Below, piece by piece: positions 21,628 through 30,288 of a DNA stretch of 64,000 nucleotides. This DNA is from Bacilli bacterium (GTDB lineage Bacteria; Bacillota_I; Bacilli_A; RF39; UBA660). The notes below the pieces were generated by a model that was given only the letters and a program-made list of their open reading frames with translations, was not told the origin of the DNA and did no database searches. Made by a program: the position numbers and the translations under genes. Every line of letters begins with the position of its first letter. Within the stretch, counting starts at the first letter, position 1. The stretch is taken from assembly GCA_017617435.1 (NCBI GenBank), contig JAFZWF010000009.1, positions 12,026 to 76,025 of the forward strand, read 5' to 3'.

Positions 21628-24102
21628 ATGGATCATAGTAGAGATAGATTACAAGAAAATAATATTGTAAATGAAATAGAATCTTCATTCCTAGAATATT
21701 CAATGTCAGTTATTGTTTCTCGTGCACTTCCAGATTTACGAGATGGTTTAAAACCTGTACATAGAAGGATTTTATGGTCAATGTATGAATCTGGTTATAC
21801 ACCTGATAAACCACATAAAAAATCGGCAAGAATTGTCGGTGATGTTATGGGTAAATATCATCCACATGGTGATTCTTCAATTTATGAAGCAATGGTCAGA
21901 ATGGCACAAGATTTTAGTTATAGAAATATGCTTGTTGATGGACATGGAAACTTTGGTAATATTGAAGGTTACGGTGCAGCTGCAATGCGTTATACCGAGT
22001 CAAGACTTTCAAAAATATCTCTTGAACTATTAAGAGATATAAATAAAGAAACAGTAAATTTTGTTCCTAATTTTGACGAATCAGAAAAAGAGCCTGAAAT
22101 TTTACCATCTAGATTTCCTAATATATTAGTTAATGGAACAATGGGTATAGCTGTTGGTATGGCTACTAATATTCCACCACATAATTTAGGTGAAGTTATT
22201 GATGGATGTATTGCATACATTGATAATAATGATATTGATGTAAATGGCTTAATGCAGTATGTTAAAGGGCCAGATTTTCCAACAGGTGGAATTATTTTAG
22301 GTAATAGTGGTATTAAAAAAGCCTATGAAACTGGTAGGGGATCTATAACCATTAGAAGTAAAGCAACAATTGAGGAACATAATGGTAAACAACAAATTAT
22401 AATTGATGAAGTTCCTTATGGTGTTAATACATCTGATTTAAAAGATAAAGTAGCAGAACTTGTCCACAATAAAATTATTGATGGAATTTCTGATTATCAT
22501 ACTGACTTAAAAAATGGTATTAAGATTACTATCACTTTAAAAAAGGATGCCAACGCACAAGTTGTTTTAAATAACCTATATAAACACACTCAATTCCAAA
22601 CAAATTATGGAATTATATTCTTAATGCTTGATCAAGGAGTTCCAAAAACTTTAGGACTTAAAGATATCATTTCTAAGTATATTGATTATCAAAAAGAGAT
22701 AATCATTAGAAGATGTAAATTTGATTTAGATAAAGCCGAAAAAAGAGTTCATATTTTAGAAGGTTTAAAAATTGCTCTTGATAATTTAGATGAAGTTATT
22801 AAATTAATTCGTGGGTCAAAAACTGACGAAGAAGCTAAATCTGGTTTAATGAGTAAATTTGGATTAACTCAAATACAAGCAGAAGCAATTCTTGAAATGA
22901 AACTACGTCGTTTAACAGGTTTGGAACGTGATAAAGTAGAAAACGAATTACAAGAATTGTTAGCTAAAATAGCTGAGTTAAGAGAAATACTAGCTAGTGA
23001 AGCTAGAATACTTGAAATTATAAAGAATGAACTTCTAGAAATAAAAGATAAATATGGTGATGATCGTCGTACAAAAATTGATATGACAGCAATAGAATAT
23101 ATTGAGGATGAATCTTTAATTCCAGAAGAAAATATTATTATTTCTTTAACTGAAAAAGGATATATTAAACGTGTACCTTCTTCTACATATAAGACTCAAA
23201 ATAGAGGTGGTGTTGGAGTTAAAGGTATGACTACTAATGAAGATGATAAAGTAGATCATTTAATTAACTTATCAACACATGATTATGTATTATTCTTTAG
23301 TAATAAAGGTAGGGTATATAGACTTAAAGGTTATGAAGTTCCAGAATATTCACGTCAAGGAAAAGGTTTACCTATTGTCAACTTACTTCAAATTGATAAA
23401 GATGAGAAGATTTGTAGCATGCTTAAAATATCAACAGATAATGAAGCAAGTTATCTAGCTTTTGCTACAAAGAACGGGATTATAAAAAGAACTGCTATAT
23501 CAGAATTTGAAAATATTAGAACTTCAGGTAAGATAGCTATAACAATGAAAGATAATGATGAGCTATTAGTTGTTAAGCCAACGACTGGAGAAGATATGAT
23601 AATGATGGCTTCAGCTGCTGGACGTATGGTTAAATTCAATGAAAATAATATTAGAGTTATGGGAAGAACTGCAGCTGGTGTAAGAGGAATAAATTTAGCA
23701 GATAGTAAATGTATCAGTATGGAAGTTGTCCACAATGATGATATTATTCTAATTGTTACAGAAAAAGGATATGGTAAAAAGTCACGTGTAAACGATTATC
23801 GAGAAACTAACAGAGGAAGTAAAGGAGTTAAAGCTATCAACATTACCGATAAAAATGGTAATATAGTTGCTGTAAAACTTATTTATGGAAATCAAGATGC
23901 AATAATGATGACAGATTCTGGAATGACTATGCGAATGAGTCTTGACCAAGTATCAACACTAGGAAGAGCAACACAAGGTGTTAGACTTATAAATTTAAAA
24001 AATGATCAACTCGTTGCTACTGTAAGCTTAGTTGATAAATCTGAGGAAGTTGAAGATGAACAACCATCTGAAAATACCGAATCTGTAAAAAAAGAAGTTT
24101 AA
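21628..24102 (+). CDS. gyrA: DNA gyrase subunit A
   Basis: [14 protein letters not shown], active-site AAMRYTE, C-terminal beta-pinwheel repeats, acidic tail. Confidence 0.97.
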   Translation: MDHSRDRLQENNIVNEIESSFLEYSMSVIVSRALPDLRDGLKPVHRRILWSMYESGYTPDKPHKKSARIVGDVMGKYHPHGDSSIYEAMVRMAQDFSYRNMLVDGHGNFGNIEGYGAAAMRYTESRLSKISLELLRDINKETVNFVPNFDESEKEPEILPSRFPNILVNGTMGIAVGMATNIPPHNLGEVIDGCIAYIDNNDIDVNGLMQYVKGPDFPTGGIILGNSGIKKAYETGRGSITIRSKATIEEHNGKQQIIIDEVPYGVNTSDLKDKVAELVHNKIIDGISDYHTDLKNGIKITITLKKDANAQVVLNNLYKHTQFQTNYGIIFLMLDQGVPKTLGLKDIISKYIDYQKEIIIRRCKFDLDKAEKRVHILEGLKIALDNLDEVIKLIRGSKTDEEAKSGLMSKFGLTQIQAEAILEMKLRRLTGLERDKVENELQELLAKIAELREILASEARILEIIKNELLEIKDKYGDDRRTKIDMTAIEYIEDESLIPEENIIISLTEKGYIKRVPSSTYKTQNRGGVGVKGMTTNEDDKVDHLINLSTHDYVLFFSNKGRVYRLKGYEVPEYSRQGKGLPIVNLLQIDKDEKICSMLKISTDNEASYLAFATKNGIIKRTAISEFENIRTSGKIAITMKDNDELLVVKPTTGEDMIMMASAAGRMVKFNENNIRVMGRTAAGVRGINLADSKCISMEVVHNDDIILIVTEKGYGKKSRVNDYRETNRGSKGVKAINITDKNGNIVAVKLIYGNQDAIMMTDSGMTMRMSLDQVSTLGRATQGVRLINLKNDQLVATVSLVDKSEEVEDEQPSENTESVKKEV

Positions 24103-24116
24103 TACTTCTTTTTTTA

Positions 24117-24132
24117 TGTTCCACGTGGAACA
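24117..24132. other. parS site TGTTCCACGTGGAACA
   Basis: Perfect palindrome (18 bp with flanking A/T) matching the Firmicute parS consensus TGTTNCACGTGAAACA with one symmetric variant position. Confidence 0.75.
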
Positions 24133-24150
24133 TATACAAGTTAATAATAA

Positions 24151-24166
24151 TGTTTCACGTGAAACA
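24151..24166. other. parS site TGTTTCACGTGAAACA
   Basis: Exact canonical parS 16-mer (18-bp palindrome with flanks), 18 bp after the first site. Confidence 0.8.
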
Positions 24167-24179
24167 TAACATATATTAT

Positions 24180-24208
24180 TTGATTAATATTATTAAAAAT
24201 GATATATT
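24180..24208 (+). promoter_or_regulatory. sigma-A-type promoter of the SRP RNA
   Basis: TTGATT, 17 bp spacer, TATATT. Confidence 0.55.
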
Positions 24209-24214
24209 ATGTAC

Positions 24215-24292
24215 GTGCAACAAATATATTGTAACCTGGTCAGATTCGGAAGAAAGCAGCCACATCAATCCCTATTTGTGTGCACTTTTTTT
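24215..24292 (+). ncRNA. ffs: signal recognition particle RNA, small (~75-80 nt) form
   Basis: CCTGGTCAGATTCGGAAGAAAGCAGCCAC matches the conserved SRP domain IV (GGUCAGGUCCGGAAGGAAGCAGCC, GGAA tetraloop). The ends GTGCAACAAATA/TATTTGTGTGCAC pair. Followed by TTTTTTT. Neighbours tadA-dnaX as scr does in B. subtilis. Confidence 0.75.
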
Positions 24293-24303
24293 ATGAGGTT
24301 TTT

Positions 24304-24717
24304 ATGAAAAATAAATATTATGAAATATTATTAAAAGAAGCTAATAAATGTTTAAAAACGGAAGATGTTCCTGTATCAGCAATAATTGTAAAAGATGGTA
24401 AAATAATTTCAAAAGGTATTAATAATCGTAATAAAAAATATAAAACAATTAATCATGCTGAAATTATAGCTATAAATAAAGCAAATAAAAAATTAAAAAA
24501 TTGTTTTTTATATGATTGCGATTTATATGTTACTTTAAAACCATGTGAAATGTGTAAAAAAGTTATCAACAATGCAAGAATTAAGAATGTTTTTTACTTG
24601 CTCAACAAACCAAATAGTAAAAAAGAATATGACAAAACTAAATATGTAAATGATAATAATAAATATTCAGGAGATTATCAGGAAATATTAAGTAATTTCT
24701 TTAATAAAATGCGATAA
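24304..24717 (+). CDS. tadA: tRNA-specific adenosine deaminase
   Basis: Deaminase zinc motifs HAE (INHAEIIAI) and PCEMC. Start is ATG 24304 (MKNKYY) after GAGG. The track start 24280 would overlap the SRP RNA. Confidence 0.85.
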   Translation: MKNKYYEILLKEANKCLKTEDVPVSAIIVKDGKIISKGINNRNKKYKTINHAEIIAINKANKKLKNCFLYDCDLYVTLKPCEMCKKVINNARIKNVFYLLNKPNSKKEYDKTKYVNDNNKYSGDYQEILSNFFNKMR

Positions 24718-24758
24718 AATATGAACAATATGTTATAATTATATAAGAGGTGATTGGT

Positions 24759-26357
24759 ATGAGTTATAAGGTTTTATACCGAAAATATAGGCCACAAACT
24801 TTTAATGATATTATTGATCAAAACTTTATAACTGATACTTTAAAAGAATCAATTATAAACAATAGAATTTCTCATGCGTATATCTTTTCTGGTCCTAAAG
24901 GTACAGGAAAAACATCTACTGCTAAAGTATTTGCAAAAGCTATTAATTGCGAAAATCCGGTAGATGGAGAACCTTGTGGAAAGTGTAACTCATGCTGCAA
25001 TTTTGGTAGTAATCCCGATATTATAGAATTGGATGCCGCTTCAAATAATAAAGTTGAGGATATAAGAGAAATTATCAACAATGTTAAACTTGCACCAACA
25101 TATTCAAAATACAAGATATATATTATTGATGAAGCACATATGCTTACAAATAGTGCATCAAATGCATTTTTACTAACTTTAGAAGAACCACCATCTCATG
25201 CTATATTTATATTAGCAACTACTAATCCAGAGTCTTTACCACAAACAATTTTATCGAGATGTCAACATTTTGCTTTTAGTAAAATTTCAAAAAAAGCACT
25301 TATTAACAGAATAAAATATGTTTTAGATAATGAAAAAATTAAAATAGAGGATAATGTTATTGAGGAAATTGCTACTTTAGCAGATGGTGGATTAAGGGAT
25401 GCTTTAAGTATTCTAGATCAGTTAGTCACATTAAATAAACCAATAACAATAGATTTATTAACTGAACAATTTGGAGTAGTTTCTGAAAATAGTATTAATC
25501 AATTACTGGATGCAATAATTACAAACAATATTCAACAAATAATAGATTTATTTAGTTCATTTAATGAATATGGTTTAAGTGAAAAATCCTTTATAAATAA
25601 GTTGATTTCTTCAATTGCAAAAAAATCATGTGAATTAAAATTAAATAATAAATCTGAAGAATTATTGAAATTAAAAAATATATTAAAAGAAGTAATTAAT
25701 TTAGATATTAATAGATCTTCAATTAATTATTATGATGTAATAGAAACTTTTATATTAACTAATTTAAATGAAAATAATATTGAAAATATTTCCCGGGAAA
25801 TAAAAACAGAATCAAAAATTAAACCTGAAACCGAAAAAGTTTCGGAAAAAGCGTCAAAAATAGATGATATAAAAGAAGAACCAGAAAAAATTAATAATAG
25901 TTTACAAATAGTAAACAAAATTGATAAAAATATCGTTGAAATAAGAATAAATAATTCGTTTTGTGCTGCGACAAAGAAAAATAAAACCGAAGCAGAACAA
26001 AAATACAAAGAGCATTTAAGTCAATTAAAGAATGAAAATGACATATATTCTTTAATGTTAGATACAAGTGTTGGTGTTGTTTCACCTACAAATATATTAA
26101 TAGTGTGTAATTCTGAGGCAAGTGCAAATTTGCTTAATGAAAAATCTAACAAAATAATGAAATGTTGTTCTTTTGACGATAAAAAACCTGTTTTTGTTTC
26201 TGAAGAAAAATGGCAAGAACTTGTTAAAATATTCCAAGATAATAAAAATAAAGGAATAAAATATACATACATAGAAGAACCAAAAGAAGAAAGTTCAGAT
26301 TACTTGCTTGATATGGCAGATGACATATTTGGTAATAATATAATAGTGGAGGAATAA
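24759..26357 (+). CDS. dnaX: DNA polymerase III subunit tau/gamma
   Basis: YRPQTF, Walker A GPKGTGKTSTAK, zinc module CGKCNSCCNF, IIDEAHML, SRCQHF. Start is ATG 24759 after AGAGGTGA. Confidence 0.95.
   Translation: MSYKVLYRKYRPQTFNDIIDQNFITDTLKESIINNRISHAYIFSGPKGTGKTSTAKVFAKAINCENPVDGEPCGKCNSCCNFGSNPDIIELDAASNNKVEDIREIINNVKLAPTYSKYKIYIIDEAHMLTNSASNAFLLTLEEPPSHAIFILATTNPESLPQTILSRCQHFAFSKISKKALINRIKYVLDNEKIKIEDNVIEEIATLADGGLRDALSILDQLVTLNKPITIDLLTEQFGVVSENSINQLLDAIITNNIQQIIDLFSSFNEYGLSEKSFINKLISSIAKKSCELKLNNKSEELLKLKNILKEVINLDINRSSINYYDVIETFILTNLNENNIENISREIKTESKIKPETEKVSEKASKIDDIKEEPEKINNSLQIVNKIDKNIVEIRINNSFCAATKKNKTEAEQKYKEHLSQLKNENDIYSLMLDTSVGVVSPTNILIVCNSEASANLLNEKSNKIMKCCSFDDKKPVFVSEEKWQELVKIFQDNKNKGIKYTYIEEPKEESSDYLLDMADDIFGNNIIVEE
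25787..25802. other. Noc-binding site (NBS) palindrome TATTTCCCGGGAAATA inside dnaX
   Basis: Exact 16-mer. In frame it encodes N-I-S-R-E-I. Confidence 0.65.
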
Positions 26358-26361
26358 ATAT

Positions 26362-26664
26362 ATGAATATGCAAAGTTTAATGGCTCAAGCTCAAAAAATG
26401 CAAAGAGATATTCAAAAAAAGAAAGACGAAATTAATGCAATGGAGTTTGAAGGAAAATCAGAACTAGTTAATGTAAAAATAAATGGTAAAAAGGAAGTTT
26501 TATCAGTAAAAATTAATGATAATGCTTCTTTAGAAAAAGATGATTTAGAAGTTCTTGAAGACATGATTAAGATTACTTTAAATCAAGCTTTATCTAAAGT
26601 AGATGAAGAAACTGATAAACAACTAGGATCTTACGGTGGTGGATCTTTAGGTGGATTGTTTTAA
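26362..26664 (+). CDS. ybaB: nucleoid-associated protein YbaB/EbfC (YaaK)
   Basis: 100 aa with MQSLMAQAQKMQRDIQ... Conserved dnaX-ybaB-recR order. Confidence 0.9.
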   Translation: MNMQSLMAQAQKMQRDIQKKKDEINAMEFEGKSELVNVKINGKKEVLSVKINDNASLEKDDLEVLEDMIKITLNQALSKVDEETDKQLGSYGGGSLGGLF

Positions 26665-27266
26665 TGAATTATCCTAAAGATTTTAACAAATTAATTGATT
26701 TTTATAAGAGTTTTTCTGGAATTGGTGATAAAAATGCGGAGCGACTAGCTTTTTCAACATTTGAAATGAATGATGAAAAGATAAAATCCTTTGCAGATAC
26801 TCTTTTAAATTTAAAAAATAACATTAAAAATTGTAAGATATGTGGAAATATTTCTGATGAAGATATTTGCTCTATATGTTCAGACGATAGTAGGGATAAG
26901 AATACAATTTGTGTTGTAGAAGACTATAAAAATTTATATTCTTTTGAAAAAAGTAGTACATATCAAGGAACATATCATATATTAGGTGGACTAATATCTC
27001 CACTTGATAATGTTAATCCTGATGATTTAAATATAGGTTCTCTAGTTAATAGGGTTAAAGATTTGAAAAATCCAGAGGTTATTATTGCATTAACTTCTTC
27101 AATAGAAGGTGAAATGACAATGTTATACTTAAAGAAGGTTCTTTCTGATTTTAACGTAAAAGTTACCAGGTTATCATATGGCGTTCCCTTAGGAATGAAT
27201 TTGGACTATATGGACGTGTTATCTTTAAATAAAGCACTTGATGATAGAAGAGAAATAATAGATTAG
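26664..27266 (+). CDS. recR: recombination protein RecR
   Basis: HhH N-terminus, C4 zinc finger CKICGNISDEDICSICSD, Toprim region ICVVED. Confidence 0.95.
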   Translation: MNYPKDFNKLIDFYKSFSGIGDKNAERLAFSTFEMNDEKIKSFADTLLNLKNNIKNCKICGNISDEDICSICSDDSRDKNTICVVEDYKNLYSFEKSSTYQGTYHILGGLISPLDNVNPDDLNIGSLVNRVKDLKNPEVIIALTSSIEGEMTMLYLKKVLSDFNVKVTRLSYGVPLGMNLDYMDVLSLNKALDDRREIID

Positions 27267-27299
27267 GTATATATGAGTAATTTTTAAGTATAATTAAAT

Positions 27300-27485
27300 A
27301 TGATAAATATTATAACTAAATGCTTAAGAAAAATTCTTATATCTTTTTTAATAATAAATGGATTTAATTGTATATGTGGTAATATATTAATGTTTATTCC
27401 AGTAAATATTCTAACAATATTAATTGTTGCTTTACTCGGGATACCTGGTATAATATCGATAAATCTAATATATTTTATTTTTTGA
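27300..27485 (+). CDS. bofA: pro-sigma-K processing inhibitor BofA
   Basis: 61-aa two-TM protein. MFIPVNILTILIVALLGIPGIISINLI parallels B. subtilis BofA IHVPINLVTTAISGILGIPGIAALVVI (recalled). Lies downstream of recR as in B. subtilis. Confidence 0.65.
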   Translation: MINIITKCLRKILISFLIINGFNCICGNILMFIPVNILTILIVALLGIPGIISINLIYFIF

Positions 27486-27493
27486 GGTTTATT

Positions 27494-28264
27494 ATGAAAG
27501 AAGATTTTAAACTAAAAAATATATATGATAAATACCGTGAGAATAAAAATTCTCACGTTTATTTGGTTGAAACAAACTCTATTACTCAAGCTATAGAAGA
27601 TATAAAGAAATTAATTATTTTAATAAATGAAGATGCAGAGAGTAATATTGAACCGTTAATTTTGAATGAATCATTACCTACTTTAATGATTATTGGACCA
27701 AAAGTTCAAGAAATATTAACAGAAGATATTGACAGATTAATAGTAATGCTTCAAAAAATTCCAGTAATTACTAAAGATAATTATTTTATTATTCATAATG
27801 CTGAGAAATTAAATAAAAAATCTGGTAATCAAATGCTTAAAATCATTGAAGAGCCAGAAACTGATATGTTAGGTTTTTTTGTTTGTAATAGTACTGATGG
27901 TATAATGCCAACAATTTCAAGTAGAACACAAACTATATCACTGATATACGATACTGAAGAAATTTATGAAGAAGATTTAATTTCTGATGCTCAAAATTAT
28001 TTAAATGAATTACATGATAAAGCGTCATTAATAGTAAACAAAAAATATATTGATAAGTATAAAGATATAGATCAATTCAAAATTTTTGTTGAGTGCATTA
28101 TTTCAATTCAGAAAAAATATATTAATACACAAACAAACTTTGATATAATTAAAAAAGAAAGTTTATTATTAAGTAAATTATATGATCTTATATCTAAAAT
28201 AAGTGGAAATTGTAATATTAATTTATTAATGGATAAATTTTTAATAGAAGTGAGTAGATTATAA
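27494..28264 (+). CDS. holB: DNA polymerase III delta-prime subunit
   Basis: HVYLVE, GNQMLKIIEEPE and TISSRTQ motifs of clamp-loader delta-prime. Degenerate P-loop, as is usual for this subunit. Precedes yaaT. Confidence 0.7.
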   Translation: MKEDFKLKNIYDKYRENKNSHVYLVETNSITQAIEDIKKLIILINEDAESNIEPLILNESLPTLMIIGPKVQEILTEDIDRLIVMLQKIPVITKDNYFIIHNAEKLNKKSGNQMLKIIEEPETDMLGFFVCNSTDGIMPTISSRTQTISLIYDTEEIYEEDLISDAQNYLNELHDKASLIVNKKYIDKYKDIDQFKIFVECIISIQKKYINTQTNFDIIKKESLLLSKLYDLISKISGNCNINLLMDKFLIEVSRL

Positions 28265-29037
28265 TGAAGATATATGGTTTAACATTTGTAGATAAAGGAA
28301 AAGCTTACAATTTTAAGAGTAATCTTGATTTAAAAAAAGATGATTTAGTTGTAGTAGAATCTGATAAAGGTGTTCAAGTAGCAAAAGTTGTTTTTGTTAA
28401 AGATGGCGATGATAAAGAATTATCTCAGTATAAAACAATTTTAAGAAAGGCTACTGATGAAGATTATAAAAAATATATGTCTAATTTAAAAGATTCTAAA
28501 GAAGCTTTCATTAAAGCAAAAGATATTGTTAATAAAATGGAATTAGATATGAGATTATTATCTGCCAATTTTACACTTGATAAAGAAGTATTATTAATAA
28601 ATTTTGTTTCAGATGATAGAGTGGATTTTAGAGAACTTGCAAAAAAATTAGCTTCAATGTATAAAACAAGAATAGAATTACATCAGGTTGGAGCTAGGGA
28701 TAAAGCTAAAGAAGTTTGTGGTATAGGAAAATGTGGTCAAGTTCTTTGCTGCAGTAGGTTTTTAAATCAGTTAAACTCAGTAACGATGAACATGGCAAAA
28801 GATCAAAACTTGGCTTTAAATCCATCTAAAATTAATGGTGCTTGTGGTAGATTACTTTGTTGTCTTGCATATGAAGATGAAGTATATTGTGAACTTTCTA
28901 AAGGTTTACCTAAAGTAGGTCAAAAAATGAAGTACAAAGGTAAAGATGGAGTAGTTTCTTCAGTAGATATTTTAAAAAGAACATATGTAATAGTTGTTGA
29001 TGAAGAAAGAATCGAGGTTTCACTTGATGGTGAATAA
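28264..29037 (+). CDS. yaaT: PSP1-domain protein YaaT/RicT (stage 0 sporulation)
   Basis: PSP1 C-terminal domain with the Cys cluster CGIGKCGQVLCCSRFL...CGRLLCCLAYE. Synteny holB-yaaT. Confidence 0.85.
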   Translation: MKIYGLTFVDKGKAYNFKSNLDLKKDDLVVVESDKGVQVAKVVFVKDGDDKELSQYKTILRKATDEDYKKYMSNLKDSKEAFIKAKDIVNKMELDMRLLSANFTLDKEVLLINFVSDDRVDFRELAKKLASMYKTRIELHQVGARDKAKEVCGIGKCGQVLCCSRFLNQLNSVTMNMAKDQNLALNPSKINGACGRLLCCLAYEDEVYCELSKGLPKVGQKMKYKGKDGVVSSVDILKRTYVIVVDEERIEVSLDGE

Positions 29038-29743
29038 ATCTTTAAATGATTTATACGATTATGTTCCATTAAAAATTTATCAAAATGATAAATATTTTAA
29101 GTTTTCTTTAGATTCCGTATTATTGGCAGAATTTGTAAAAAATCCTAATACAAAAAAATCTATTATAGAATTGTGTGCTGGTAATTGTGCTGTGTCAATG
29201 ATATTATCTACAAAAACTTCAGCAAAAATTAAAGCAGTAGAACTTCAAAAAGAAATTTATGAACTAGGTAAAGAATCAATTGATTATAATAAATTAGAAA
29301 ATCAGATTGATGTTATTAATTGTGATATAAAAGATGTTAAAAAATATTTCCCGGGAAATAATTGTGAAGTAATTGTTTGTAATCCACCATATTTTGTTAA
29401 TAATTCTTCTTCATTTATAAATAATGAAGATATAAAAGCGATAGCTAGACATGAAATAACTATAACGTTGGAGGAAATAATAAAAATTTCTTCAAAATTG
29501 TTAAAACTTAATGGTGAGTTATATATGGTTCATAGATCTGAGCGAATTGATGAAATAATAGAATTATGTTCCAAGTATGGTATAAGAGTAAAAAATATTC
29601 AATTTGTATCAACGAAGAAATCACAAGATCCTCGATTAGTTCTTATTAGAGCAATTAGAGGTAGTAAGTCAGGAATAAAAATTTTGAAAGAATTATGTAT
29701 TGAGGATTTAGAAACATTTAAAAACATATTCTGGAAGGAGTGA
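29021..29743 (+). CDS. tRNA (adenine37-N6)-methyltransferase-like SAM methyltransferase (YabB/TrmN6)
   Basis: FKFSLDSVLLAEF, CAGNCAV and catalytic NPPY (VCNPPYF). Position equals B. subtilis yabB. Start placed at ATG 29021. Confidence 0.7.
   Translation, partial: HLMVNKSLNDLYDYVPLKIYQNDKYFKFSLDSVLLAEFVKNPNTKKSIIELCAGNCAVSMILSTKTSAKIKAVELQKEIYELGKESIDYNKLENQIDVINCDIKDVKKYFPGNNCEVIVCNPPYFVNNSSSFINNEDIKAIARHEITITLEEIIKISSKLLKLNGELYMVHRSERIDEIIELCSKYGIRVKNIQFVSTKKSQDPRLVLIRAIRGSKSGIKILKELCIEDLETFKNIFWKE
29345..29360. other. Noc-binding site (NBS) palindrome TATTTCCCGGGAAATA inside the methyltransferase gene
   Basis: Exact 16-mer. In frame it encodes Y-F-P-G-N. Confidence 0.65.
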
Positions 29744-29747
29744 TATT

Positions 29748-30287
29748 ATGAAAGTTATTGTTGGTCTTGGAAATCCAGGCAAAGAATATGAAAAAACAAG
29801 ACATAATATAGGTTTTATCGTCTTAGATAGTTATTTAGGAAAAGTTAAATGGAAAGAAGACCATAAAGCATTAATTTATGAAACTAAAATAAATGATGAA
29901 AAAGTTTTGTTTGTTAAACCGTTAACTTTTATGAATAACTCTGGTGAAGCTATTAAAGAAATTTTATCTTACTATAAAGTGGATATTGATGACTTACTTG
30001 TAGTACAAGATGATATAGCTTTGGAACTTGGTAAATCAAGAATTAAATATGAAAGCTCTGATGGCGGACATAATGGAATAAAATCTATTATTAAAGAGTT
30101 AAATACAAATAAATTTTTGAGATTAAAAATTGGATTAGCAAAAGAACAAGATATTGATACAATTTCTTATGTTCTAGGAAAACTATCAAAAAAAGAAATT
30201 GATCAAGTAAAATCTGATTTAGATAAATATTATAATATTATGGAATCATTTATTTATTATGGAAAAGATAAGGTATTGATGATGTAA
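29748..30287 (+). CDS. pth: peptidyl-tRNA hydrolase
   Basis: VGLGNPGKEYEKTRHNIGF and GGHNGIKS motifs. Confidence 0.95.
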   Translation: MKVIVGLGNPGKEYEKTRHNIGFIVLDSYLGKVKWKEDHKALIYETKINDEKVLFVKPLTFMNNSGEAIKEILSYYKVDIDDLLVVQDDIALELGKSRIKYESSDGGHNGIKSIIKELNTNKFLRLKIGLAKEQDIDTISYVLGKLSKKEIDQVKSDLDKYYNIMESFIYYGKDKVLMM

Positions 30288-30288
30288 T

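Noticed and set aside
25287-25298. A-run (TCA AAA AAA GCA) in dnaX as a programmed -1 frameshift site producing gamma
   Set aside because: It lies at about codon 177, far too early to yield a functional gamma (domains I-III are needed). A -1 shift would terminate after 3 codons, and I see no downstream stem-loop.
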